Shown here: positions 18,353-28,579 of the stretch, in pieces
How positions within the stretch are numbered: the first letter of the stretch is position 1
Layout: the number at the start of each line of letters is the position of its first letter
Assembly: GCA_048595405.1 (NCBI GenBank)
Contig: JBJPGB010000051.1
Location: 8,551-72,550, forward strand
DNA from: Methylophagaceae bacterium
Lineage (GTDB): Bacteria > Pseudomonadota > Gammaproteobacteria > Nitrosococcales > Methylophagaceae
DNA length: 64,000 nucleotides
Direction of reading: 5' to 3'
Notes under the pieces: generated by a model
Databases searched by the model: none
Seen by the model: the letters and a program-made list of their open reading frames with translations, nothing else
Told to the model about the DNA's origin: nothing
Translations under genes and position numbers: made by a program

Positions 18353-18832
18353 ATGATTCAACTTAATACTCAACTGCTACGCTGGTTACTTTTTTTTACC
18401 TCAGTACTGTTATTAGCTGGTTTTGTTCTACCCATGTTAACGATGACCAAATTTCTGCTCATCAACAATTCGGTATCGATTGTTTCTGGTATTTGGCAGC
18501 TTATTCAAGATGGCCAAATTTTATTATTTATTATTATTGCCATTTTCAGTATTTTACTGCCGGTCGCTAAAATTATTTTATTGTTTAATTTACTTCAGCC
18601 TAATACAACTCATCCTGACCAACAACAAAAATTACTGCATTTAATGCATGATTATGGCCGCTGGGCAATGTTAGATGTGTTGGTCGTTGCCGTGCTTATT
18701 ATGACGGTTAAATTAGGCGCTATTGCCAGCATTCAAATCCATGCTGGTTTATATGTTTTTGGTGCTGCGGTATTATTGATCATGTTTATTACTCAACAAG
18801 TTGTTAGCATGCAAAATGAGAGTAAATCATGA
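18353..18832 (+). CDS. PqiA-family (paraquat-inducible protein A-like) membrane protein, single-domain
   Basis: 159 aa with 4 TM segments and a PqiA-type motif region (LLPVAKIILL...YGRWAMLDVLVVAVL). Confidence 0.65.
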   Translation: MIQLNTQLLRWLLFFTSVLLLAGFVLPMLTMTKFLLINNSVSIVSGIWQLIQDGQILLFIIIAIFSILLPVAKIILLFNLLQPNTTHPDQQQKLLHLMHDYGRWAMLDVLVVAVLIMTVKLGAIASIQIHAGLYVFGAAVLLIMFITQQVVSMQNESKS

Positions 18833-19572
18833 GAATGTTATGGCTACTATTGTTCGCTCTCACCAGTATTACCCATGCAGAACAAATCAAACCGTTTACA
18901 TCCGATGGTTGCAGTGCCTTTCCGGATGGTACATTACAGCAACAAGAATTGTGGTTATCATGTTGTTCTGAACATGATAAAACCTATTGGCAAGGTGGTA
19001 GCTTTCAACAACGACTTGATGCCGATCTCGCTTTAAAAGAATGTGTTTCAGCGCTTGGTGAGCCCGTTATTGCTGAGCTGATGTTATCGGGTGTTAGAGT
19101 CGGTGGTTCGCCCTATTGGCCGACACAATTTCGCTGGGGATATGGCTGGCCCTATCCAAGAGGCTATCAAATACTTGCTTCAGACCCCGCATTATCAACA
19201 AATAAGGACAATACCATGACTCTGATTATCACTGGACTCGTTGCTCTAATAGCCTTATTACATCTCTATTTCTTAGTACTTGAAATGTTTTTATGGGACA
19301 AACCTTATGGTCGAAAAACATTTAACTTAACCAAAGAGTTTGCTACCGCTTCAAAAACCTTGGCAGCTAATCAAGGTTTATATAATGGTTTTTTGGCGGC
19401 AGGATTGATCTGGGGACTGTTACTGGGCAATGCTGGCACTGCAATATTACTGTTCTTTTTAAGTTGCATTGTAATTGCTGGCATCTATGGCGGTTTAACT
19501 GCCAACAAACGTATCCTGTTTATTCAGGCGCTACCTGCCGCGATTGCATTAGGATTATTGTTCATTGTGTAA
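18829..19572 (+). CDS. single ORF joining a secreted PLA2-like domain to a DUF1304 membrane domain
   Basis: Signal peptide, DGCSAFPDG and CCSEHDKTYW motifs in aa 1-125. From aa 130 (ATG 19216, preceded by AAGGA) there is a typical DUF1304 sequence: LHLYFLVLEMFLW...AANQGLYNGFLAAGLIWG. Confidence 0.6.
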   Translation: MRMLWLLLFALTSITHAEQIKPFTSDGCSAFPDGTLQQQELWLSCCSEHDKTYWQGGSFQQRLDADLALKECVSALGEPVIAELMLSGVRVGGSPYWPTQFRWGYGWPYPRGYQILASDPALSTNKDNTMTLIITGLVALIALLHLYFLVLEMFLWDKPYGRKTFNLTKEFATASKTLAANQGLYNGFLAAGLIWGLLLGNAGTAILLFFLSCIVIAGIYGGLTANKRILFIQALPAAIALGLLFIV

Positions 19573-19579
19573 TGAGAGA

Positions 19580-21049
19580 TTAATATCCCTTGCTACAACA
19601 CAACACATATAGCTTTTCATAGGCTTTAGCACTCTTTCCCCAACTATTATTTTGTTCCATCGCAGTAATAGCCATCTTGCGCCAAATGCGTGGGTGTTGG
19701 AATAAATCAATCGCTTGTAGCAAACATTCTTCTAATGCTTCTGCCGTACTGTCTACAAATTTAAAGCCGGTTGCTGTTTCATCTTTGCGTGTTTCTTCCG
19801 TGGAATCAACAACTGAATCTGCTAAACCACCGGTATCTCGGACTACTGGCAGCGTGCCATAACGCAAGCTATACAACTGATTCAGGCCGCAAGGTTCAAA
19901 ACGTGATGGCATTAAAAAGATATCGGCTCCCGCTTCAATCTTATGGGCTAATGATTCATCATAACCAATTTGAACACCCACTTTATCAGGAAAACGTGAT
20001 CTTAATACCCGTAAATCTTGTTCATATGCCGGTTCACCACTACCCAAACAAACTAATTGAATATTGGCCCCAGCTTCTAATAAACTCTCTACTGCATCTA
20101 AAGTAAGATCAACACCTTTTTGTGACACCAAACGGCTCACTAATCCCATCACCAGTACATCTTCTTTTTCTGGCAATGAAAAATAACTTTGGATATCCGC
20201 TTTATTTTCTAATTTATTGCGAAGCGTCTCAATTGAATAGCCTTTGGCTAGGTGTGAATCGGTTTCAGGATTCCATTCATCATTATCTATTCCGTTAAGA
20301 ATACCGGTTAATTCACCGTCTACCGCTCGCTCAGATAATAAGCCTTCTAAGCCATAGCCAAATTCGTATGTACAGATCTCTTGAGCATAAGTTGGGCTGA
20401 CTGTGGTGACATGATCGGCATAAATGAGCCCACCTTTCATAAAAGACAATAAATCATAAAACTCTAAACTATCGCTATGCCAAAATGGTTTAGGCAAATC
20501 CAACATCTCGAACACGTCACGTGAATATAAGCCTTGATAGGCCAAATTATGGATAGTGAATATTGTTGCAGGCCGATGTGGTACATCATAAATTAATGCC
20601 GGTGCTAAGCCTGTTTGCCAATCATTACAATGCAATAAATCAGGCTGCCAATCCAAACCAGCTTGATTGGTTGCTAAGGCTGCAATCGCACGTGAAAACA
20701 AGGCAAATCGTGCTGCATTATCAGGCCAGTCGCCCTCTCCTGCTTTGCCATAAGGCCCACCCTCACGATCAAAATGTTCTGGTGAATGTACTAACCATAA
20801 AGGTACATCACTATCCGGCAATGTTGACTGTAGAATTTCAACGGGAAGATGAAAACCTTCTAATTTAATGGTTGCAACTGTTTGAATTTCAGTCAGTGCT
20901 TCTAAACATTGACGATAGGCCGGCATAATAATACGTACATCTTGGCCATTCTTACGTAATGCAATCGGTAAGCTCGCAGAAACATCCGCTAAACCACCAG
21001 TCTTAACTAAAGGATGAACCTCACTACTGGCAAACAGAATTTTCCCCAC
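19580..21049 (-). CDS. glgA: glycogen synthase
   Basis: N-terminal KTGGLADV motif. GT5-family length (489 aa) and a C-terminal GGLADSV motif. Confidence 0.9.
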   Translation of the reverse strand: MGKILFASSEVHPLVKTGGLADVSASLPIALRKNGQDVRIIMPAYRQCLEALTEIQTVATIKLEGFHLPVEILQSTLPDSDVPLWLVHSPEHFDREGGPYGKAGEGDWPDNAARFALFSRAIAALATNQAGLDWQPDLLHCNDWQTGLAPALIYDVPHRPATIFTIHNLAYQGLYSRDVFEMLDLPKPFWHSDSLEFYDLLSFMKGGLIYADHVTTVSPTYAQEICTYEFGYGLEGLLSERAVDGELTGILNGIDNDEWNPETDSHLAKGYSIETLRNKLENKADIQSYFSLPEKEDVLVMGLVSRLVSQKGVDLTLDAVESLLEAGANIQLVCLGSGEPAYEQDLRVLRSRFPDKVGVQIGYDESLAHKIEAGADIFLMPSRFEPCGLNQLYSLRYGTLPVVRDTGGLADSVVDSTEETRKDETATGFKFVDSTAEALEECLLQAIDLFQHPRIWRKMAITAMEQNNSWGKSAKAYEKLYVLCCSKGY

Positions 21050-21066
21050 GTCATGCTCCTAAAAAT

Positions 21067-21075
21067 TGGTATAAT
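21067..21075 (+). promoter_or_regulatory. extended -10 element (TGgTATAAT) upstream of zwf
   Basis: TGGTATAAT lies about 58 nt before the zwf ATG in the glgA/zwf divergent spacer. GGGAGA ribosome-binding site at 21122-21127. Confidence 0.35.
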
Positions 21076-21132
21076 CGCATAATTATATACTATACGGTTC
21101 AGGCTTCATTACCGCCTGCAACGGGAGACAAC

Positions 21133-22602
21133 ATGAAACCTTGTACAATCATTATTTTTGGCGCCACTGGCGATCTTTCAAAGAAGAAACTACTGCCAGC
21201 ACTCTATCATCTTAATATTGAAGATCGTTTAACAGATGATACTAAAATTATTTGTATGGGCCGTAGAGAGGTGGCTCAAGAGGATTGGAAAGCCCAAGTC
21301 AGTGACCATGTATCATCAAAAGCTCGCAATGGTGTAGATAGTGTTGCACTTGATGATTTCTTAGCGAAAGTAAGCTATTTCAAAAATGATATTAATGATG
21401 CGGCGTCATATCAAGATCTAAAAACACTATTAGATGATCCTGCCAATGCTTTCCCTGATAATATCGTATTTTACTTATCGATCAGCCCCTCTTTATTTGG
21501 CGTTGTCGGTGACAACCTTGCTGCGGTTGGGCTTAATAAAGAAGATAATGGCTGGCGCCATCTGGTTGTCGAAAAACCGTTTGGTTACGACCAAAAAAGC
21601 GCTGCCGACTTAGAACAAGTATTAAGCCGTAATTTTACTGAAAAACAAACTTATCGTATTGATCATTACCTCGGTAAAAGTACCGTACAAAATATTCTAG
21701 TATTCCGCTTTGCCAACCTATTATTAGAACCATTGTGGAACCGTAATTACATCGACCATGTTCAAATCACTCATGCCGAACAACAAGGTGTCGGTGGTCG
21801 TGCTGGTTATTATGATGGCTCAGGTGCCATGCGTGACATGATTCAAAGCCACTTATTACAAGTGATGACATTAATTGCGATGGAACCACCCGCAGACTTA
21901 AATGATGAATCTTTGCGTGATGAAAAAGTGAAAGTGCTTAAATCAATTCGCCCTATCACTGAAGACTTGGTTGATAGCCATGCCTTTCGTGGCCAGTATG
22001 CTGCCGGTACCGTTGCAGGCAAAGCGCAACAAGGTTATTTAGAAGAAGATGATGCTCCAGCAAACAGTGTGACCGAAACTTATGCTGCGATGAAACTGTA
22101 TATTGATAACTGGCGCTGGCGCGATGTACCATTTTACCTACGCACGGGTAAATGCATGCCTGAATCAAAAGCAATGATTGCGATTCGTTTCAAAAAACCA
22201 CCTCAAGAATTGTTTAAAGGAACAGATATCGGCAATAGTCACGCTAACTGGATCATTATGGGTTTGCAACCGGACAATACCCTACGTATTGAATTACAAG
22301 CTAAAGAACCTGGCTTGGAAATTACCGCCCACACGGTTGGCCTAGAAACGGTTGAACATGAAGATGAAAAACACAAATTAGATGCCTATGAAGCCATGAT
22401 CCTCAATGCTATTTTAGGTGATCGCTCATTATTCTTACGTGCTGATGAAGTTGATTTAGCATGGAAAGCGGTTGACCCGATTATTGAAAAATGGTCTAAA
22501 GAACAAGACTTTGTTCATACCTACCCTGCAGGCACATGGGGCCCCGATGAGGTTAGCCAAATCTTTGATGATTCATGCCATCAATGGCGTAATGAAATCT
22601 AA
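21133..22602 (+). CDS. zwf: glucose-6-phosphate 1-dehydrogenase
   Basis: GATGDL NADP-binding motif, the RIDHYLGK active-site signature, 489 aa. Confidence 0.95.
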   Translation: MKPCTIIIFGATGDLSKKKLLPALYHLNIEDRLTDDTKIICMGRREVAQEDWKAQVSDHVSSKARNGVDSVALDDFLAKVSYFKNDINDAASYQDLKTLLDDPANAFPDNIVFYLSISPSLFGVVGDNLAAVGLNKEDNGWRHLVVEKPFGYDQKSAADLEQVLSRNFTEKQTYRIDHYLGKSTVQNILVFRFANLLLEPLWNRNYIDHVQITHAEQQGVGGRAGYYDGSGAMRDMIQSHLLQVMTLIAMEPPADLNDESLRDEKVKVLKSIRPITEDLVDSHAFRGQYAAGTVAGKAQQGYLEEDDAPANSVTETYAAMKLYIDNWRWRDVPFYLRTGKCMPESKAMIAIRFKKPPQELFKGTDIGNSHANWIIMGLQPDNTLRIELQAKEPGLEITAHTVGLETVEHEDEKHKLDAYEAMILNAILGDRSLFLRADEVDLAWKAVDPIIEKWSKEQDFVHTYPAGTWGPDEVSQIFDDSCHQWRNEI

Positions 22603-22623
22603 GGTTTAAAAACCAAAAAAATC

Positions 22624-22657
22624 AAAGCCAGATCGGGGAACCCTAATCTGGCTTTTT
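22624..22657 (+). terminator. rho-independent terminator of zwf
   Basis: Perfect 10-bp stem AAAGCCAGAT/ATCTGGCTTT with additional inner G:C pairs, followed by a T-run. Confidence 0.7.
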
Positions 22658-22669
22658 AATGAGGAAACC

Positions 22670-23263
22670 ATGTTATCTAAAGAGAGTTTAAGTGCCATTG
22701 CTATTGTGATCACTTTTATCGCTTTTATTCCCTACATTCGTTCAATCATTCAAGGCACTATAAAGCCTCATGTGTTTTCTTGGCTTATTTGGGGAGTCAC
22801 TACTTTCATCGTATTTCTGGCTCAACTTCAAGACAATGCTGGCGTGGGTGCATGGCCTATCGGTATTTCTGGCATCATTACTCTATTTATCGCATTATTG
22901 GCATTTATAAAGCGAGCTGATATTACGATCACCGGTCTAGATTGGGTGTTTTTTATAGCAGCAATATCATCATTGCCATTTTGGTATTTAACATCTGATC
23001 CACTGTGGGCGGTGGTTATTTTGACAACCGTTGATCTTCTCGGTTTTGGCCCAACCATTAGAAAAGCTTATGAGCATCCATTTTCAGAATCATTGTTGTT
23101 CTTTTCACTTTTCGCTGCTCGTAATCTTATCGTCATAATGGCTTTGGAGCACTATTCAATTACAACGGTATTATTCCCACTGGTTATCTCGGTTGCCTGC
23201 ATATTGTTAATAATAATGATCGTATACCGTAGAAGACATGAATCAACAGTGTCGCTAAATTGA
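22670..23263 (+). CDS. polytopic membrane protein of unknown function
   Basis: 197 aa with about 6 TM segments. I recognise no motif. Confidence 0.55.
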   Translation: MLSKESLSAIAIVITFIAFIPYIRSIIQGTIKPHVFSWLIWGVTTFIVFLAQLQDNAGVGAWPIGISGIITLFIALLAFIKRADITITGLDWVFFIAAISSLPFWYLTSDPLWAVVILTTVDLLGFGPTIRKAYEHPFSESLLFFSLFAARNLIVIMALEHYSITTVLFPLVISVACILLIIMIVYRRRHESTVSLN

Positions 23264-23304
23264 TTCTTACTGATCCATTTTAGCGCCTCCAAAATATAGG
23301 GCGA

Positions 23305-23328
23305 GCATTAGCGAGTTTTCGCTCATGC
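23305..23328. other. hairpin H1 in the long non-coding spacer
   Basis: GCATTAGCGA-gttt-TCGCTCATGC, with 9 of 10 positions paired. Confidence 0.4.
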
Positions 23329-23426
23329 CACCAGATAGGTTATGTTTTGGTAATAGGGTGATAATGGGTGCTCTTTTGATGAAATACCTCCCTATATTTC
23401 ACCCCCAATAGGGTTGCCTCGCACTC

Positions 23427-23448
23427 AAAATATGCTCCTGCATATTTT
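23427..23448. other. hairpin H2 in the long non-coding spacer
   Basis: AAAATATG-ctcctg-CATATTTT, a perfect 8-bp stem. Confidence 0.4.
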
Positions 23449-23517
23449 CCTTTGGTTCTGTTTATTTTGGGGCACGCAAAAGAAATGAACGCCATGTAGC
23501 AACGGCATACCATCCTC

Positions 23518-23538
23518 CGACCAGCTCAGGACGGACGG
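23518..23538 (+). repeat. second copy of the CGAC.AGCTCA..ACGGA.GG motif
   Basis: CGACCAGCTCAGGACGGACGG versus CGACAAGCTCATCACGGATGG at 18304-18324: 17/21 identical, same orientation, both intergenic. Confidence 0.4.
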
Positions 23539-23613
23539 AAATATACCTCAGATTTCACCCCGAAAATTCTACTTCGCCCAGCTAGATTCTAGTGTGTATG
23601 AGAATGACGAGCG

Positions 23614-24828
23614 TTAAAAATATCGTGCTAATTCTAGCTGAAGATAGTCGTCTTCACGGATTTGGAATAGTGCATTTGTCGGTGTATCTACACTAAAGAT
23701 ACGCGCTTCTAAAGAGAGTTTCCATCGATCGCCAATTCGACGGCTGGCTTCGATATTCCATGCTCTATCACTACTATCGAGATCTTGAATAACGCCAAAC
23801 AATAATTCGGTAGATTGTTCATCATTCCACGCCAAGCGTGTACCCATTAAAATGTCATTTTCAAATGGTGTTGCTAATTCGTTGTCACGATCATCAAATA
23901 AATATTCGGCAATGATTCCTACATCAATATCGCTATCAAACACTCCATAAAATGTATATTCAAAGCCACCGGTTAATGCAGTAAAGGTGTCGGAAGAGGT
24001 TTCTCGTCGAATGATTTCTAATTTCCACAGCCATGATTCTGTTGTTTGTTGTATATCTAATCCTGTCTGATGCATTACCTCATAGAAGGGAATTAATTTA
24101 CTGAATGTTTGATTTGGCAACAATAAAGGTTCACGATTTGTACCGTAAAAATGAGATAAACCAATATCCCAATCTCCAATAGAGTGAGACCAACGTACAG
24201 CAAAATCTAAATGATGCCGCTTTGCACCAGACTCATAATGTGACCTATCGGTATCGACCACTAGTTGGCTACGCAATCGTCCGTCTTTGCCTGCAAATGT
24301 GCGTTCACGAAAATACGGTAATACAAATAAATCTATCGTTCCCCAGTCTTGGAATAAACTGAGATTGACCATCGGTTGGCCTAATTTATCTTCGGTATCG
24401 GAATTTTCGACTAAATCTGTTTGATTAATGACATCCACCAAATGCTGAGATTCAGTGACACCCCAATAAACTTTGCCGACACCAAGCCGTAATTCCCAAT
24501 CATCTTCGACAATTAACCAAAGTGCTTCTCGTAAGTCGGCATGCGTACGCTGTGCATCTTCACTATCAACTCGCAAGAATGGTGAGATAAGCAAACTCTG
24601 TTGGCCATCATTCCACTCATGATAAAATTCAGGCGCCAATACGACAGAAAAATCATGTTGACCTGGGTCATCATTCAGTGATTCATGCTGAAAATAACGA
24701 TATTCAGCAGCACTATAGCCTGACCACTCAGCAGCATTAACTGTGGAATAAACTGCAAGACTGACAACCAAAATCAGCCAAAAAACAGCGCTAAATTTAA
24801 CGTTGACGTTTGAGATCATTCTTCTCAA
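23614..24828 (-). CDS. predicted outer-membrane beta-barrel protein
   Basis: Signal peptide. Alternating amphipathic strands rich in aromatic girdle residues. The C-terminal ...LELARYF carries the terminal Phe typical of outer-membrane barrels. Confidence 0.6.
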   Translation of the reverse strand: MRRMISNVNVKFSAVFWLILVVSLAVYSTVNAAEWSGYSAAEYRYFQHESLNDDPGQHDFSVVLAPEFYHEWNDGQQSLLISPFLRVDSEDAQRTHADLREALWLIVEDDWELRLGVGKVYWGVTESQHLVDVINQTDLVENSDTEDKLGQPMVNLSLFQDWGTIDLFVLPYFRERTFAGKDGRLRSQLVVDTDRSHYESGAKRHHLDFAVRWSHSIGDWDIGLSHFYGTNREPLLLPNQTFSKLIPFYEVMHQTGLDIQQTTESWLWKLEIIRRETSSDTFTALTGGFEYTFYGVFDSDIDVGIIAEYLFDDRDNELATPFENDILMGTRLAWNDEQSTELLFGVIQDLDSSDRAWNIEASRRIGDRWKLSLEARIFSVDTPTNALFQIREDDYLQLELARYF

Positions 24829-25576
24829 AATCCTTGTCTGTCAGACCATTTTGGAAGGTGAAATCACTCCACTGCAGTGTGGTTGACTTACCTGTCTGCT
24901 GATTTTCCATCGTCATGGTGTGCGCACGCCAGTATTGATCAAGATACTGTTGATAATCCGTAAACCGCTGAATTTTCAATAACGTATCTTTGCGATCATA
25001 GAAGTCTATTTTTCTGATTTGATACTCTTTTTTATCAATCCAAACATGGCTTTTGGTATAGCCTGAATGTTTATATTGTGGCCGTGTTTCCACTACAAAA
25101 CAGTCCATGCCATCTAGTACTTCATCTCGCACATATAAATAGCTATATTTTGGAATTTCAAACGAGCTGATATCTTCATAAGCAAACTCACTACCCATAA
25201 ATGGGCCTGATTTATTGCTAGATGAAATTCGTTTTACTCTTTTTAATGCTGGTAAAAATAGCCACTGCTCATCAGGATCAAGTGAATGTGAGTAGGTTAA
25301 GAATGCGGTACCTTTTACATCTCTCGGTTTGTTAAATACGGTTAAGCCTTTATCCCCATCACCATCGACTTCAAGATTACTTATACGAATCTCACGGATA
25401 CTTTCTTTTCCTTGGCGATTACGTAAGGTCATTAGCATATTTGCTGAGCTATCGTGCCAACCTTTATCGCGATTATCCGATTCAGTGATGATTGCTAAGC
25501 CTTTTTGTTCATCTGTTTCCGCTTGCGCTAACGGCATGACCATCAGCAGCGATAATAATAAGATCCAATTACGCAT
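24797..25576 (-). CDS. periplasmic LolA-like 'outer membrane lipoprotein-sorting' family protein
   Basis: Signal peptide ending AQA/E. The sequence (DEQWLFLPALKRVKRISS..KSGPFMGSEFAYEDI) matches my memory of the LolA_like family found next to RND exporters. Confidence 0.7.
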   Translation of the reverse strand: MRNWILLLSLLMVMPLAQAETDEQKGLAIITESDNRDKGWHDSSANMLMTLRNRQGKESIREIRISNLEVDGDGDKGLTVFNKPRDVKGTAFLTYSHSLDPDEQWLFLPALKRVKRISSSNKSGPFMGSEFAYEDISSFEIPKYSYLYVRDEVLDGMDCFVVETRPQYKHSGYTKSHVWIDKKEYQIRKIDFYDRKDTLLKIQRFTDYQQYLDQYWRAHTMTMENQQTGKSTTLQWSDFTFQNGLTDKDFEKNDLKRQR

Positions 25577-27872
25577 GTTTTTTTTCCTCTAATTTCATTA
25601 ATAACGGTGGTAAGAATAAGAAATCCATAATCAATGCTATGGAAATGGTTACCGCTGTCATCAGTCCCATATGTGCATTCAATGCAAAATGAGATTGCCC
25701 TAAGACAATAAAGCCTGCGACTAAGACTAGCGAAGTCACCCAAAGTGCCACTCCAACCGTATTAAAGGCATAACGTACTGCCTCTTGGCTATCTAAACCT
25801 TTTTCACGCCGTGCTCGCAGATATTTACTTAAGAAATGGACGGTATCATCGACCACAATACCCAAGGTCATCCCGGTTACGACGGATAGCGATAAACCAA
25901 CTTGGCCAACCATTAATCCCCAAATACCAAATGCCATCCCTGCTGGTATTAAATTTGGAGCCAAACTGATCAATCCAACACGGAAAGAACGTAATGCTAA
26001 TACTAATATGAAAGAAATAAAGACTAAGGCAATTGTGGTGCCCAATAGCATGCTCTGAACATTACGTTTACCTATATGGGCAAACATAATAGTAGCGCTT
26101 GCTCCTATCGCATCTATTTCCGGCATGTTTTGTTCTAACCAGGCAGCAATTTTTTTCTCATACGCTAATACTTCTTCGGTATATAAATTCTCAAATGTCA
26201 CTGTCAGCCGTGTTGAGCTTTTATCAATATCAATTTGATCATTCAAATCTAAACCGTAAGGTAGTGATAATTCATATAACAATAAATATTGAGCTGCTAA
26301 TTCACGACTTTCTGGCAGCCGATAATAGGCTGGATCATCACCATGCATACTTTTATTGAGGCGTTTAAAGGTATCAGTGATGGTATTAACATGAATGACC
26401 TGATCCTGACTTCGCAACCAATTAGCAAACAATTCTACTTTTGCTAAAAAGGCAGGTTCACTGATACCGCCACTTTCTCCTTGTTGCAGCGAATAATGAA
26501 TATCATAAATACCATTCATATTCTCAACCACAAAATCAGTATCACGTCGGAACTCGACCGTTTCATCAAAATATTCAACAAATTGATCATCTAATTTGTT
26601 CAGCGGCAATAGACTGATCAATACTAAAGCCAAAGCTCCCATCCCCCATAACAATCCACGACGATTAATAATGACAAAATCAGATAATCTACTCATTGGA
26701 TGAATGGCTGATGATTCAACTTGGCGACTGATGCTCCGTACTGGCAATACCATCATTAATGCTGGCAAGACAGTTACAGATAATACAAATGCACCCATCA
26801 CACCTATTGCAACGACATTTCCTAGATCATGGAATGGCGGTACATCGCTGAAATTCATACTCAAGAAACCAATCGCGGTAGTCACACTAGTAATAAATAT
26901 CGGTTGAAGATTTACCCGTAGACTATCCTGCATTGCCGCTTGTTTATCTTGTCCTTGGCGTAAGTTATGTAGGAATGTGACTAATAAATGCACTGCATCA
27001 GCCACTGCCATAGTCAAAATAATAGTCGGTGCTGAGGCTGAAGGCGGCGTGATCTTCCAACCTAACCAGCCCATGCTGCCCATACCGATTAAGATTGCTC
27101 CGAAAATAACGACCACCGTGGAAATTGTTGCCGTAAATGACCGTAATAAAATACCTAAAACAATAACGACAACTAAAAACATCATCGGCACAAGGTTTTT
27201 CATATCATTTTTTGATGATTCACCAAATGAATTGTCCATCATTGACAAACCACTCAGATAAATTTTGAGATCAGGATACTGCTTTAAGATTTCATCTCGC
27301 AAAGCACGTGAAGCGGTAACCACCTCTTCCACTTCATTTAAATTTTCGCCAGGCAACTGTACCGTTACATTGACAGCAGTGACATGACCTCTGGTCGAAA
27401 TAAGGCGGTGTACTAATAATGGTTCATTAATAGCCACTTGCCGAATATTCTCTAATTCTGTTTGATTAAGTGACATTGCATCACTGACCAAATCCCCTAC
27501 AATCAAATCATCATCTTCGGCTATGGTATGTTGATAATTACTGACCGAATCAACACGACTTGAGAATGGAATCTGCCAAGCACGTTTGGTTAAATCTTCT
27601 ACTATTGATAATGTATCACTAGTAAAGACATCACCATCCTGTGGCGCCAGTACAAACATGACATTATCTGCTTTGCTAAAGGTATTTTGTATTTCTTCAA
27701 ATGCTAATAATTCAGGATTATCGTCACTAAAAAATTCGCGATAATCATTCGTAAATTCTAAAAAACGGCCGCCACTTGCTATCATCAAAATGGTTATTAC
27801 TGCGAGTAGCAATAACCGCCACGGATGATATACGATGAAGTTTGAATAGCGTTGGGTAAATGAATCATTCAT
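25569..27872 (-). CDS. RND-superfamily exporter of the MMPL/COG1033 type
   Basis: 767 aa arranged as 1+5 TM, a large loop, then 1+5 TM again. Two sterol-sensing-like bundles, with repeated GxxxD.(V/A)H motifs (AVADAVH, VVDDTVH). Confidence 0.85.
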   Translation of the reverse strand: MNDSFTQRYSNFIVYHPWRLLLLAVITILMIASGGRFLEFTNDYREFFSDDNPELLAFEEIQNTFSKADNVMFVLAPQDGDVFTSDTLSIVEDLTKRAWQIPFSSRVDSVSNYQHTIAEDDDLIVGDLVSDAMSLNQTELENIRQVAINEPLLVHRLISTRGHVTAVNVTVQLPGENLNEVEEVVTASRALRDEILKQYPDLKIYLSGLSMMDNSFGESSKNDMKNLVPMMFLVVVIVLGILLRSFTATISTVVVIFGAILIGMGSMGWLGWKITPPSASAPTIILTMAVADAVHLLVTFLHNLRQGQDKQAAMQDSLRVNLQPIFITSVTTAIGFLSMNFSDVPPFHDLGNVVAIGVMGAFVLSVTVLPALMMVLPVRSISRQVESSAIHPMSRLSDFVIINRRGLLWGMGALALVLISLLPLNKLDDQFVEYFDETVEFRRDTDFVVENMNGIYDIHYSLQQGESGGISEPAFLAKVELFANWLRSQDQVIHVNTITDTFKRLNKSMHGDDPAYYRLPESRELAAQYLLLYELSLPYGLDLNDQIDIDKSSTRLTVTFENLYTEEVLAYEKKIAAWLEQNMPEIDAIGASATIMFAHIGKRNVQSMLLGTTIALVFISFILVLALRSFRVGLISLAPNLIPAGMAFGIWGLMVGQVGLSLSVVTGMTLGIVVDDTVHFLSKYLRARREKGLDSQEAVRYAFNTVGVALWVTSLVLVAGFIVLGQSHFALNAHMGLMTAVTISIALIMDFLFLPPLLMKLEEKKHA

Positions 27873-27920
27873 ATCTTAAATCCTGAGTTTTTTGATAAAA
27901 ATTTAGTGTGATGACCATTT

Positions 27921-28511
27921 TCAGTTTGTTTGAGATTGCAAACCTACTACGATCATTTTGCATAATGTTGTTGCCCCATTTTCTAACTCTTTTAATGTAT
28001 AGCGTGGCATCATCATGGGGAGGTGAAATGTCAGCATTGCCATATGAATTGCCGCTGCTGAAGTGACCACATCATCAACCCTAAACTCACCCTTTTCTTG
28101 CGCCTGCGTAAGGAGCTCTTGTAATAACTTAATTTTCTGCTGTTGATGGTCATCACAAACACAAGGGTTTTGTACCGACATCACTTCTACTAATTCAATT
28201 ATCCGAGGTGACGTTGTAAAGTACTTGTGACAATGATGTAATGAATGCAGCAAAAATGCTTCCAATTTGGCTACCGAACTCAGATCATCTCTATGGACAA
28301 TTTTTGCCAAATGTCGAGATTCCTCAGTAAAAAATAATCTTGCCATTGCCGAGCCAATGTCTAGCTTATTTTTATAATGTCGATAAAGATTAGCGGCAGA
28401 CATTCCGCAATCATGGGCAATTTCAGCCATGGTGGTTTTACCATAACCATACTCCGTAAAGCGTGCTTCAGCAGCACTGAGAATTTGGGTTCTAATATCA
28501 TTTTCAATCAT
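27921..28511 (-). CDS. TetR-family transcriptional regulator
   Basis: N-terminal HTH (ILSAAEARFTEYGYGKTTMAEIAHDCGMSAANLYRHYKNK). The ATG at 28511 is preferred because the longer ORF would read through a perfect operator-like palindrome. Confidence 0.8.
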   Translation of the reverse strand: MIENDIRTQILSAAEARFTEYGYGKTTMAEIAHDCGMSAANLYRHYKNKLDIGSAMARLFFTEESRHLAKIVHRDDLSSVAKLEAFLLHSLHHCHKYFTTSPRIIELVEVMSVQNPCVCDDHQQQKIKLLQELLTQAQEKGEFRVDDVVTSAAAIHMAMLTFHLPMMMPRYTLKELENGATTLCKMIVVGLQSQTN

Positions 28512-28532
28512 GAGAGTACTATAAACCCGTAC

Positions 28533-28560
28533 TAGTGAATAATCAATAAAATATTCACTA
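28533..28560. promoter_or_regulatory. candidate TetR operator with overlapping promoter
   Basis: Perfect 9-bp inverted repeat TAGTGAATA-N10-TATTCACTA, 22 nt upstream of the tetR ATG. On the minus strand, TTGATT-N17-TATAGT overlaps it. Confidence 0.5.
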
Positions 28561-28579
28561 TTCATAACCTCATGCAAAA

